DNA of 64,000 nucleotides, from positions 85,312,001-85,376,000 of the forward strand of contig OZ024742.1 of NCBI GenBank assembly GCA_964016885.1, written 5' to 3'. The DNA comes from Eledone cirrhosa. Lineage: Eukaryota. Shown here in pieces: positions 21,448 through 33,978 of the stretch. The position numbers and the translations under genes are program-made. The first letter of the stretch is position 1; every line of letters begins with the position of its first letter. The notes under the pieces were generated by a model that was given only the letters and a program-made list of their open reading frames with translations, was not told the DNA's origin and searched no databases.

Positions 21448-24167
21448 CAAGAAAGAGCAGAGCCGTGGTGGAAGAAGCGACTGAGTGGGCAAATCGGGGA
21501 AATGAGAAATGACATAGGAAAGCTTGAGTCACTACTGAATGGGACACTAAAAAACATAGGCACTAAAAATAGACTGGAAATAAAATACAAAACTAGGAGT
21601 AAAAAGCTAAATATTATCATAGAGGAATTGAAGCAACGCATTGTAGCAAAGAGTGCCAAAATCAGGCGATACGAGAACAGAGTCAGTCAGTATAAACAGA
21701 ACCGCATGTTCGACAACAACCAGAAGATGCTGTTTGGACAGCTTGAGGGGAAAGAAAGAGGCAACGACTTGATCCCTGGGGCGGAACAAGCTAAAACATT
21801 CTGGAGAGGAATATGGGAGCAGGATGTTAGACACAATGCCCAGGCAGGGTGGATTGAGACAGTACAGAGGGAGATCGGTGAGCAGGCACAACAACAGACT
21901 GATTTGAGTATCACAGTTGAAACTCTTAAGGGGCAAGCCAAAAAACTAACCAACTGGAAATCACCAGGCCCAGATGGTGTGCAGGGGTATTGGATTAAAC
22001 ATTTAACATCCCTCCACCCGAAGCTGACGGCCATGTTCAATGACTGCTTGGTGTCGGGTGAGGTGCCAGAGTGGTTGACAAAAGGTACCACAGTTCTGAT
22101 AATGAAAGACCGAATCAAGGGTAATGATGTTACCAACTATAGACCTATCACATGTCTGCCCGTAATGTGGAAACTGTTGACGAGCATTGTGTCTGAGGAA
22201 ATCTACCATCACCTCCACACAAACAACTTGTTGCCGGACGAACAGAAAGGATGCCGAAAGAAGTCACGTGGTACAAAGGACCAGTTGCTTATTGATAAGA
22301 TGGTAATGGGGAATTGCAGGAGGAGACACACTGATCTTGCCATGGGATGGATAGACTACAGAAAGGCATTTGACATGGTGCCTCATTCCTGGATCACCAA
22401 AAGCCTGGAGATCTTCAGGGTGGCAGATAACATCAGACAGTTGCTGGGCAGGAGTATGGGGTCCTGGGAGACAGAGTTGACATCAACTGGAGTATCCTTG
22501 GGAAGCGTGAAGATCAAGAGAGGTATCTTCCAGGGAGATAGCCTGTCCCCTCTGTTGTTTGTCCTTGCCCTGATGCCCTTGACCATTATGCTGCGAAAAG
22601 TGAGAGCAGGATACAAGTTGGGAAGGGGAGAGCTTACCATCAATCACCTCCTCTTCATGGACGATCTTAAGCTCTTCGGGAAAAGTGAGAAGGAGTTGGA
22701 TGTGCTTGTTGACACTGTCCGTATTTTCAGCAGTGATATATGTATGCAGTTTGGTATTGGTAAATGTGGAGTCATTGTGATGAGGAGGGGTAGGTTGAGC
22801 AGAAGTAACGGGATCCAGATACCAACAGGTGAGATGATAAAGGAAATTGACTCTGAGGAAGGATACAAGTATTTGGGCGTTCTGGAGGCTGATGGCATAA
22901 AGAACAAAAAAATGAAGGAATTGTTAAGAACTGAATACATTCGGAGAGTAAGGAGCGTATTGAAGTCACATCTGAACAGCAGAAATGCCATAAGCGCAGT
23001 AAATTCCCGAGCTGTGTCTATTATTAGGTACAGTGCGGGAATTCTGAGATGGAATGTTGCTGAACAAAAAGAAATGGATAGGAAGACTAGGAAGCTATTG
23101 ACTATCTACAACATGTTCCACAAGAAGAGTGATGTCGATAGACTCTACCTAAGGAGATCTGAAGGTGGAAGAGGTCTTATCAGCATAGAGGACTGTGTTC
23201 AGATGGAGAAAAACAGCCTATACAAATACGTGACCTATAGTAAGGAGCCAATGCTCAGAGCTGTACTGAAGGAGGGGACAGTAGGCCAGGGGATATCCAA
23301 GGAGGAAATAACATCAAGGAGGAAGAGCAGCCTTAAGGGAAAATCCCTTCATACTACCTTCTTTGAGAAAACTGAATTTAGAGATCCACAGACATGGAAC
23401 TGGTTGAGAAGAGGAGACCTCAAAAAGGCTACAGAAGGAATGCTAATGGCTGCGCAGGAGCAGGCCCTCAAAACGAAGTGGTTGAAGCACCATATCTACA
23501 AGGAGGAGGCTAGCCCACTGTGCAGGATCTGTGGAGAGAGAGAGGAGACTGTGGCTCACATTGTGTCCGAGTGTAAACACCTAGCCCAGACCCACTATAA
23601 GGGCTGGAGACACGATGTGATGGGCAGGGTGATCCACTGGCACCTGTGCAAAGTAAACAATCTACCACATTCTGAGAAATGGTATGAGCATAGGCCAGAG
23701 GCGGTGATGGAGAACAGTCAGGTGAAGGTGCTGTGGGATTTTAGGATACAGACGGACAAAAAACTGGAACACAATAGACCTGACCTGGTGGTTGTGGACA
23801 AAGAAAAAAGATCGTGCCTGATTGTGGATGTGGCCTGCCCGTTCGACACGAGAGTGCAAGAGAAGGAGAGGGAGAAAATTAACCGATACCAGGACCTAAA
23901 GTGGGAGGTGAAAAGGATTTGGAACTGCCATGAAGTCAAAGTGATCCCGATTGTCATAGGCGCACTGGGGACTATCTCCAAAGGTTTCCAGGGATGGTTA
24001 AAGAAAATCGGCCCCTTCACGCTTTTTGGAACGCTTCAAAAGGCATGCTTGCTTGGAACGGCAAGAACCCTCCGATACGTCCTGAATATCTGAAGCTGCA
24101 GGTAGTGGCTTGATATTCAATCCAACGGACTTTCCAGTTAACCAACATCAATGACTGAGATTCAAGG
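21447..24167 (+). mobile_element. R4/Dong family A copy 3, 5'-truncated (starts at QERAEPWW; frame open to 24093)
   Basis: Near-identical to copy 1 from about residue 250. Flanked by (AAT)n. Confidence 0.92.
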
Positions 24168-24194
24168 AATAACAATAATAATAATAATAATAAT

Positions 24195-27100
24195 GATTTT
24201 TTATTAACCACAAGTGTTTACATAAAGTAGACATTAAGGACAGTAGATGACAATACAGGACGGTACAAATGGGCATTTCTGCATGTAAAAAAGAAGAAAC
24301 AGAGGATGTAACAAAAAAAATGTAACCAAAAAAAAACTTCCGAGTGACATTTGTGGAGAAAGCACATTACAAACCACAGTGACCCTGACCAGCAGGGCAA
24401 GTGCCCCCTCCCAGTTTTCCACGTTTAATTTACAGACATACTCCGAGCAGGCCCATTCATTCGGGCCATTGTTGCTTCTCTCACCCATCTTTCAACAAAA
24501 AGCTGGGAATAGATAACTTCCCTCTCTACCCTGATTTTCCTTTTCAAAGGAAATTTGAAAATGTTAATCAGGGCATCACCGAAGAGGTAAGTGATCGTCT
24601 TCAACCCTTTCAAGCGTGTCCAACATACTATCTCTTTCGCCATGGCCACCAGACAGATAAAAACTGCCTGCCCTTCCCGGATAAAGCAAGAGGGTGGGGC
24701 AATCCTCACGAGGGACTCAGCTGATAGCCGGATCCGTCCTACACGCGACAGCAGGTGTTCGACAAAAACCCACAAGTCAGCAATGCTTGGACATTTGACG
24801 AGTACGTGCAGGACGGTTTCGTCGCCCTGAGCGCATCTCGGAAATTCCCGGCTGACGGCACCTCCATGCCTGTAGAGTTTATCCCAAACTGGCAAAGCTC
24901 CTCGAAAGCACTGCCAGGCCAGGGATTTCTGGAAGTTGTCCATAGGCCCCGGCCCGAAAGTTCTTCAGAAGAGATTGGCTAGTTGATTTTCGTCGACGCC
25001 TAGTGTCTCCCCAAGTACGTCGTCGCTCTTCCCCTCCACTAATCCTCTATAGAACGCCGAGGTGGAGTTTCCACCGATCACATTGCCCGATTGGTCGAGG
25101 GCTGTGAGCGCCTGTAGACATTCCAGTCTCAAAGCGCTCCCTCTCGGTCTTCGCTTGACCCAGGACTGAAGCTCCGTCAAGGAGACGAGCTGGGAAAAGA
25201 CGCGTCTAGCAAACGGACACCACACCTGATCACCGTCGAGGAAGAAGTGGAGATGTCGTAGCCTGCTCATCATCAGCCACGGCTACCCAGCCCTCTACGT
25301 AGCGGGTGTTGACAGCAGATGAACCACCTTACCATCGGAGCGCGTCCCTTCCACAAACTCTCCAGCAGTCAGTCGGGGCGTAGGACAAGGTACAACGGTC
25401 ACGCGGTCGTAGATGACGGATGGCATGTACGCGGTAGCCATCTCCGCTCGACCTTTCAGGGATAGCTTCCTCTCTGCTCATTTCTCGGTGAGAGAAGCGA
25501 CACTGCTCGTCACATCGTCCCAGATTTCGTCCGTCTGGAGGTCAGGACCAAGACCGGACCCCTAGCAATTTATCGGTCCATCCGTCCAGCGCCCGACGAC
25601 GCTGTTGGACGGCATGGACCTGCATCTCCAGGTGCCGAGCTGCAAGCCCACTGACTTTTCGTGGTTGATCATTGCTCTTGTCACCGCTTCGAATTCTCTT
25701 AGTGTAGTGCCGTTCGCCTCGATGTGTTTGGCGTTCGACACCACTACGGTGACATCGTCCGCATATGCTGACACGGATTTGCCGCATCCTAGTTCGCGCG
25801 GGATCCCCGTCAACGTCTCCAGTTTATGCAGTAATGGCTCGAGAATCAATACATACAAGAGGGACGAGAGGGGACATCCTTGGCGGACCGAGCGCATGAT
25901 GTTGAACGGTTCCGAAAGGTGACCATTCAGTCTCACAACAGAGCAGATGTCGCTGTACATGGCAGCGATCCAGCCTCTGAAGACGGGCCCAAAACCAGCC
26001 GCCTTCAGGACTGCCTCTAGGTAACGATGGTCGACCCTATCGAAAGCTTTCAACTGATCTAAATTGATCAAGGAGCCACCCGTGCGAGGTTCTCTAGCAA
26101 CCCTCTCTACGATGTATCGCATGAGGTGGAGGATGTCGTGGATGGATCTGTCGGGGATTGGGGCATTCCTGCGCCTTTCCCACCAGGCCACCAACCACAA
26201 GCTTCAACGTCTTTGCTAGCACCTTGGCCTACACCTTGAACTCTGTGTTTAGCAGAGTTAAGGGCCTCAAATTATCTATGTTATCCCCCTTGTCGGATCC
26301 TTTCTCAGCAGCGCCACCGCTCCTCGGCTCACAGAGCTGGGCATTCTCCCATTCTGTTGCCAGTTGCAGTAGACGTCCGACAAGCGGCCTCCGAACAAGT
26401 CTGGCATATGTACGTAAAATTCATAGAGGAGACCATCCAAACCAGGGGATTTACCCCTTGTGCTGCCAGTCATTGCCTCCCGTACTTCAGCGGCTGTTAT
26501 TGGCTTTTCGCAACACTCCGCATCAGTGGCCGAGCGACGCGGCGGTCCGTCGAGGCAGACACTAAAGTCCATCCCTCGATTCGGCCCGCCACTGCCCCCG
26601 AACAGCTGATCGAAGTGTCGCTGAAAAGCTTCACATATTTGACTGGGATCGAGTAGCATGCCCCCTTCGTGGTCCACCAAAGACCGGATCGTGGTTTTGT
26701 TGCCACGACGCGCCTCCGCCACTCGGGCCTATTGAACAGCTTTCGTCCCCTGGTGTCTGAAAGCACGCACCCTAGCTCTGACAACGCATCATTTGTTCTT
26801 TGCATTGAAGAATTGGTAAAGGGCTAATTTTGCCGCAAGTACGTCGGTCGCGATGCCTTTGTTAGCGCTTCGTCTAATTTTCTAACCATTCTCCCTCTGC
26901 TCTATTTTTCTCTATAGGTAAAGCCTTACTAAACATTACGGCTACTATTCTAATCGCTCTTTTCAGAGCAAACCTCCACTTGTTGTTGACGATGGGCCCC
27001 GTCAACGCTCGCTTAACTAGTTCGCTAATCTGGTCTCTGTAATCCTTGCGCGCTGGTAAGGGCGCGTTTAGCTTCCAGTAGCCGGGTCCTCGTTATGAAG

Positions 27101-28971
27101 CCCATCTAAGTCAATCACACACTTCACGAATTTGTGGTCCGTGTAGCTGACTGTCTTGAATTCTGGACAGCCTATGCTAGACCTATCTATTTCCCTACAA
27201 AATACTCTATGTATATATTATCTGGATGACCCAACGCGGTTTGTGCAAGTCCACAGTGGCACATTCGGGAAATCCAATCGGTAGCTGTTAGACAGTTCAA
27301 AACGCCTGAGCAGGTTGGTGAGGCTCTTGTACCCTCCTTCCCTATCCGTTAATACTACACAGTCCCAGCGTGAATCTCAGATCCCGTTCCAGTCGCCCAC
27401 TAACACTAAAGAGCGGGACGTTCCTAGAAAGGTCTCCAGACACCGGAAGAAATCAGGCTGCCCTGCTCCTGTCGGGGCATAGACGGCCACTAGCCTGAAA
27501 GCTTGCCCGTCTCCGCTGGTCACTCCAACACCACCAACTTACCTTCTGGGTCCTGATAGATGGCCCGTGTGGCGATATCCAAACCTCTCCGAAAAGTTCC
27601 AGCAAATCCCCCCCCCCCGATCCAGGACGGCTGGGAGATGCGTACACATCGTAGTCGCCGAAGATCGGTGCGAAGGCACGTGGTTCGGTGATTCTAGTCT
27701 CGCTGATGGTCATTACATCTATGTTTAGTAACCTTAGGTGGTTGAGCAGGTGGCCCTACTTCGATGATGACCCCAAGCCACGTGCATTTATGCTGCCTAT
27801 TCTGAGTGAAGTCATGTTGAAATGGAGTGGAAAAGATGGGAAAGACCATTTACCTTACTTCTCGTAGAGGAATGATGGTTTCTCCATCCCTTTTCACTTG
27901 ATGCTCTTGTGAAATGACCATTGAATCGTCCCTTCGGCTGGTCGTCGGCTCTTCTGTCAGTATATCCGAATATACTCTCCGGTGGCGTGTCCCTCCTAGG
28001 TCTCTGAAATCACCAACAACGTTGGGGAATTCCTTTTTAATGTTTGTGTATTGTTTCTGTGATATTCTTACCATCTTATGTTCGTTGGTGTTTTGATTAG
28101 TGCTGGTATTATGTAGTCGTGCTGTGAAATGTCTGTGTGTTCAATTATGTTGTGTGTATTTATTGCAGTGCATTTTTTTTCTGGGGATGGAGTGGGGTTC
28201 TGCCATTTTCTTGTCGTTGTTGCTGGGTGTGTGTGTTTTGTTGTTATGTTTGCGATGTTGGTGCTTGTGGTGGTGGTGGTGGTGTTGAAGGTGTTGTTGT
28301 TGTTGGTGGTGGGGTTGCCTCCGGTGGTCATGGTGGTGCTATTGTGGGTGGTGGTGTTGGTGTGGTTGCTGCTGTAAATCTCTTTGCAGTAGCCTTTAAC
28401 CTTTTTTCATTTCTTCCCTCCCTTTTCGAAGGCGACGATGCGCTGCTTCTGCGTTTGTGCCTTCTTGCAACCTTTTGCCATCCCTCTCCCACATCATACT
28501 CTATGTCCGATTCTGTGAGGTCGAGGAGGAGTACCAGTTCCAGTCATTCACTTGTTCTTGTTGGTGATGGATGCAATGGAGTCTCTGTTGCAGCTGCAGT
28601 TGGTATTACTGTTGTTGCTAATACTTCCACTGCTGCTGCTGTTCTTTATTTCCGTGAGGTGGGTATGGGTGCCACGGACCTATCCTTCCTGCTTGCTGCC
28701 TGTCCTGTTGCTGGTAGCAGTGGAGCCGGTTTCGGAAGGAGGGGGGTTTTCTCATTTCTCAGGGTTTTCTCATTGCAGAAGACTCTGAGGTGAGTCTTCG
28801 ACCCACAGCGAAAGCATTTCGGGCGTCTGCCCTCAACACCTATGGGCGGTTGTGTGGCGTTATCGAAGTCTATCACATCCGGGATAGCTTCGATGCACTC
28901 CTGGTTGATTTGAATTAACATCTCAATGGGGTGCCGACCCAAACTTCTCGTACTTTTACACTCGGATGCAC
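24195..28971 (-). mobile_element. Degraded Tx1-clade element (X-like), truncated within ORF1
   Basis: Frameshifted APE-RT ORF2 (~24430-27815) and ORF1 C-terminal half with CFRCGSKTHLRVFC. The 3' end abuts (AAT)n. Confidence 0.88.
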
Positions 28972-28998
28972 ATTATTATTATTATTGTTATTGTTATT

Positions 28999-31900
28999 CC
29001 TTGAATCTCAGTCATTGATGTTGGTTAACTGGAAAGTCCGTTGGATTGAATATCAAGCCACTACCTGCAGCCTCAGATATTCAGGACGTATCGGAGGGTT
29101 CTTGCCGTTCCAAGCAAGCATGCCTTTTGAAGCGTTCCAAAAAGCGTGAAGGGGCCGATTTTCTTTAACCATCCCTGGAAACCTTTGGAGATAGTCCCCA
29201 GTGCGTCTATGACAATCGGGATCACTTTGACTTCATGGCAGTTCCAAATCCTTTTCACCTCCCACTTTAGGTCCTGGTATCGGTTAATTTTCTCCCTCTC
29301 CTTCTCTTGCACTCTCGTGTCGAACGGGCAGGCCACATCCACAATCAGGCACGATCTTTTTTCTTTGTCCACAACCACCAGGTCAGGTCTATTGTGTTCC
29401 AGTTTTTTGTCCGTCTGTATCCTAAAATCCCACAGCACCTTCACCTGACTGTTCTCCATCACCGCCTCTGGCCTATGCTCATACCATTTCTCAGAATGTG
29501 GTAGATTGTTTACTTTGCACAGGTGCCAGTGGATCACCCTGCCCATCACATCGTGTCTCCAGCCCTTATAGTGGGTCTGGGCTAGGTGTTTACACTCGGA
29601 CACAATGTGGGCCACAGTCTCCTCTCTCTCTCCACAGATCCTGCACAGTGGGCTAGCCTCCTCCTTGTAGATATGGTGCTTCAACCACTTCGTTTTGAGG
29701 GCCTGCTCCTGCGCAGCCATTAGCATTCCTTCTGTAGCCTTTTTGAGGTCTCCTCTTCTTAACCAGTTCCATGTCTGTGGATCTCTAAATTCAGTTTTCT
29801 CAAAGAAGGTACTATGAAGGGATTTTCCCTTAAGGCTGCTCTTCCTCCTTGATGTTATTTCCTCCTTGGATATCCCCTGGCCTACTGTCCACTCCTTCAG
29901 TACAGCTCTGAGCATTGGCTCCTTACTATAGGTCACGTATTTGTATAGGTTGTTTTTCTCCATCTGAACACAGTCCTCTATGCTGATAAGACCTCTTCCA
30001 CCCTCAGATCTCCTTAGGTAGAGTCTATCGACATCACTCCTCTTGTGGAACATGTTGTAGATAGTCAATAGCTTCCTAGTCTTCCTATCCATTTCTTTTT
30101 GTTCAGCAACATTCCATCTCAGAATTCCCGCACTGTACCTAATAATAGACACAGCTCGGGAATTTACTGCGCTTATGGCATTTCTGCTGTTCAGATGTGA
30201 CTTCAATACGCTCCTTACTCTCCGAATGTATTCAGTTCTTAACAATTCCTTCATTTTTTTGTTCTTTATGCCATCAGCCTCCAGAACGCCCAAATACTTG
30301 TATCCTTCCTCAGAGTCAATTTCCTTTATCATCTCACCTGTTGGTATCTGGATCCCGTTACTTCTGCTCAACCTACCCCTCCTCATCACAATGACTCCAC
30401 ATTTACCAATACCAAACTGCATACATATATCACTGCTGAAAATACGGACAGTGTCAACAAGCACATCCAACTCCTTCTCACTTTTCCCGAAGAGCTTAAG
30501 ATCGTCCATGAAGAGGAGGTGATTGATGGTAAGCTCTCCCCTTCCCAACTTGTATCCTGCTCTCACTTTTCGCAGCATAATGGTCAAGGGCATCAGGGCA
30601 AGGACAAACAACAGAGGGGACAGGCTATCTCCCTGGAAGATACCTCTCTTGATCTTCACGCTTCCCAAGGATACTCCAGTTGATGTCAACTCTGTCTCCC
30701 AGGACCCCATACTCCTGCCCAGCAACTGTCTGATGTTATCTGCCACCCTGAAGATCTCCAGGCTTTTGGTGATCCAGGAATGAGGCACCATGTCAAAAGC
30801 CTTTCTGTAGTCTATCCATCCCATGGCAAGATCAGTGTGTCTCCTCCTGCAATTCCCCATTACCATCTTATCAATAAGCAACTGGTCCTTTGTACCACGT
30901 GACTTCTTTCGGCATCCTTTCTGTTCGTCCGGTAACAAGTTGTTTGTGTGGAGGTGATGGTAGATTTCCTCAGACACAATGCTCGTCAACAGTTTCCACA
31001 TTACGGGCAGACATGTGATAGGTCTATAGTTGGTAACATCATTACCCTTGCTTCGGTCTTTCATTATCAGAACTGTGGTACCTTTTGTCAACCACTCTGG
31101 CACCTCACCCGACACCAAGCAGTCATTGAACATGGCCGTCAGCTTCGGGTGGAGGGATGTTAAATGTTTAATCCAATAACCCTGCACACCATCTGGGCCT
31201 GGTGATTTCCAGTTGGTTAGTTTTTTGGCTTGCCCCTTAAGAGTTTCAACTGTGATACTCAAATCAGTCTGTTGCTGTGCCTGCTCACCGATCTCCCTCT
31301 GTACTGTCTCAATCCACCCTGCCTGGGCATTGTGTCTGACATCCTGCTCCCATATTCCTCTCCAGAATGTTTTAGCTTGTTCCGCCCCAGGGATCAAGTC
31401 GTTGCCTCTTTCTTTCCCCTCAAGCTGTCCAAACAGCATCTTCTGGTTGTTGTCGAACATGCGGTTCTGTTTATACTGACTGACTCTGTTCTCGTATCGC
31501 CTGATTTTGGCACTCTTTGCTACAATGCGTTGCTTCAATTCCTCTATGATAATATTTAGCTTTTTACTCCTAGTTTTGTATTTTATTTCCAGTCTATTTT
31601 TAGTGCCTATGTTTTTTAGTGTCCCATTCAGTAGTGACTCAAGCTTTCCTATGTCATTTCTCATTTCCCCGATTTGCCCACTCAGTCGCTTCTTCCACCA
31701 CGGCTCTGCTCTTTCTTGTCTGTTGTTTCCTCTCGCTTTTATACCAAGTAGTTTCCTCACCGTATTTGCTGTTGCTTTGAGGATATTGTTGCACTGGTGA
31801 AGACTCCTCGCCTCAAGGTATGGGATGACTTTGTTTACCTTAGCTGTTGTTTCTTTTAACTTTTTCCTGTCTACAAATCTTAGGTTCATAGGTCTCCCAC

Positions 31901-33877
31901 TATCATTGTTCAACTCATCTACCACTAAATTTAGGATGTCAACCGAATCTTGTCCTAGCCCGTCAGCATTCATCTCCTCAGTGGCCGTATCTCTGTTCCA
32001 GGTATTATTTATCTCAGTATTCAGATCATTGTCTGCTTCGGGTGGTTCCTCCGTTCTCAGGACCTCCTCACCTTCATTTCCCGCCGGCTCGCTTGTCTGG
32101 CATACTACACCCGCCATCTCCAAGCCATTCTCTCTGCTCAGTTCCTCCAGTTCCAGCTCGCTTATCCACCCATTAGTTCTTATTACCCGAGCCTGCCCGG
32201 CCAATTTTTGTTCATCTAATTTAAATAAACCAATCTCGTTCCAGATGTTATGCATCCGTCTCCTGTAGCCCCTCTCCTTGGGGTTACTTTTCAGGTAGCA
32301 TTGCATAACAGTTCTATTCAATTCTTTCGTCCAGTTGGTTCTGGCCCCTTTCCTTCTTCTTCTTCCTCCAACATCAGCAGTATTTGGTTGAGAGTCAGGT
32401 TCCTGCTGCTGAGCTAGGGGGCACCTGTTGGGTGAGAGTCTGTCACATGACGTTCTAGTCTCCATTTCACCGTTATTCGAACTGTTTATGTTCGATATTT
32501 AAACACTCTTATCGAGGATTGGCGAACGTATGTTTACATAGCCATCTGTGGATCCGCCATCCCACTTGGCCCTTGTGTGGCATTATCACCACGCTGTATA
32601 CGGACACACATAAACAAACAAACACACGGGCAGAAAGGGCCCCGAAAATGAATAAGCATAAGTTTCATTGTAATGTAGTATTCGAATGTCTGACTTAGTT
32701 TTTGTTTTTTAAGTTTTACTTTTTCCCCCCTCTTCTCTGTCCGTCCGCCTGCTTCTCTCTTCATTCTTATTTTCTTTACGTTTTGGGGGTTTCTTTTTTT
32801 GTTTTTGTTTTTCTCTGTTTGTTTTTCTCGTTTTTTTTTTTTTTTTTTTTTTTTGTTGCTGTTGTTGCTGTGCTGCTTTGCTTTTGTTGTTTGTTTTTTC
32901 TTTTTTCTTTTGAGTCTATCTATATATTTTGATGCCTTCCTCTTTGTTAGTAGTAGGAATTCTATAATGTGGAAGTGGCAGCCAGCAGAGGCTGGCGGCG
33001 TTGGCGATACTGAGACAGTGGTGGCGGTGATGTCGACACCGAGGCAGTGGTGGCGGTGATGCGACCGTATTACTGCAGTGATGGTGCTGTAGCGGTGGCA
33101 GCAGCAGTGAAAGAGTCAAGGGGTGGTGGCGGCGGTGATGGGATAGTGGTGGTAATGATGGCCGTAGTGAGCGGTGGCGGTGAAGGTGAAAATGCTGTTG
33201 TGTTTAGTGTACACAGATGATGGGGTGGGTGGTGTATCTAGTTTCTGGTGTTGGTGAGTTTAGCTGTCCTATATAGTGTAGCCAGAGGAGAGGAGGGGGG
33301 GGGCTTCTTCTTCTTCCATTTATAGCCATTTTATTTTTTTTGGATATACAGTGTACAATACAAAGTTGAATATTTGAATATTTGAGCCGTATTACTGTAG
33401 TGATGGTGCTGTAGCGGTGGCAGCAGCAGTGAAGGAGTCAAGGGGTGGTGGCGGCGGTGATGGGATAGTGGTGGTAATGATGGCCGTAGTGAGCGGTGGC
33501 GGTGAAGGTGAAAATGCTGTTGTGTTTAGTGTACACAGATGATGGGGTGGGTGGTGTATCTAGTTTCTGGTGTTGGTGAGTTTAGCTGTCCTATATAGTG
33601 TAGCCAGAGGAGAGGAGGGGGGGGGGGGTTCTTCTTCTTCCATTTATAGCCATTTTTTTTTTTTTGGATATACAGTGTACAATACAAAGTTGAATATTTG
33701 AATATTTGAGCCTTATAACAATATATTTTGGGTCCGAATTTTTTGGGGCTCAAGCCGGGTGCTTTACGTAGCATTTGTACTAAGAGTTCTTATTTCACAA
33801 ATGATTTAAATATGTTAAAAATTCAAAACTTACGGGAGCGATTTCATGACCTCCGTCACCTCGTGCGTCTTCTTCCC
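28999..33877 (-). mobile_element. Full-length R4/Dong family A copy 4 on the minus strand
   Basis: Reverse complement of 6280-11145, including the UTR monomers. Flanked by (ATT)n on +. Confidence 0.93.
29073..32465 (-). CDS. R4/Dong polyprotein, intact 1130 aa
   Basis: Same RT, CCHC and RLE motifs as 7679-11071. Confidence 0.95.
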   Translation of the reverse strand: METRTSCDRLSPNRCPLAQQQEPDSQPNTADVGGRRRRKGARTNWTKELNRTVMQCYLKSNPKERGYRRRMHNIWNEIGLFKLDEQKLAGQARVIRTNGWISELELEELSRENGLEMAGVVCQTSEPAGNEGEEVLRTEEPPEADNDLNTEINNTWNRDTATEEMNADGLGQDSVDILNLVVDELNNDSGRPMNLRFVDRKKLKETTAKVNKVIPYLEARSLHQCNNILKATANTVRKLLGIKARGNNRQERAEPWWKKRLSGQIGEMRNDIGKLESLLNGTLKNIGTKNRLEIKYKTRSKKLNIIIEELKQRIVAKSAKIRRYENRVSQYKQNRMFDNNQKMLFGQLEGKERGNDLIPGAEQAKTFWRGIWEQDVRHNAQAGWIETVQREIGEQAQQQTDLSITVETLKGQAKKLTNWKSPGPDGVQGYWIKHLTSLHPKLTAMFNDCLVSGEVPEWLTKGTTVLIMKDRSKGNDVTNYRPITCLPVMWKLLTSIVSEEIYHHLHTNNLLPDEQKGCRKKSRGTKDQLLIDKMVMGNCRRRHTDLAMGWIDYRKAFDMVPHSWITKSLEIFRVADNIRQLLGRSMGSWETELTSTGVSLGSVKIKRGIFQGDSLSPLLFVLALMPLTIMLRKVRAGYKLGRGELTINHLLFMDDLKLFGKSEKELDVLVDTVRIFSSDICMQFGIGKCGVIVMRRGRLSRSNGIQIPTGEMIKEIDSEEGYKYLGVLEADGIKNKKMKELLRTEYIRRVRSVLKSHLNSRNAISAVNSRAVSIIRYSAGILRWNVAEQKEMDRKTRKLLTIYNMFHKRSDVDRLYLRRSEGGRGLISIEDCVQMEKNNLYKYVTYSKEPMLRAVLKEWTVGQGISKEEITSRRKSSLKGKSLHSTFFEKTEFRDPQTWNWLRRGDLKKATEGMLMAAQEQALKTKWLKHHIYKEEASPLCRICGEREETVAHIVSECKHLAQTHYKGWRHDVMGRVIHWHLCKVNNLPHSEKWYEHRPEAVMENSQVKVLWDFRIQTDKKLEHNRPDLVVVDKEKRSCLIVDVACPFDTRVQEKEREKINRYQDLKWEVKRIWNCHEVKVIPIVIDALGTISKGFQGWLKKIGPFTLFGTLQKACLLGTARTLRYVLNI

Positions 33878-33892
33878 TTTTTTTCCCCTTTA

Positions 33893-33958
<66 letters not shown>

Positions 33959-33978
33959 CATTATTGTTGTTGTTGTTA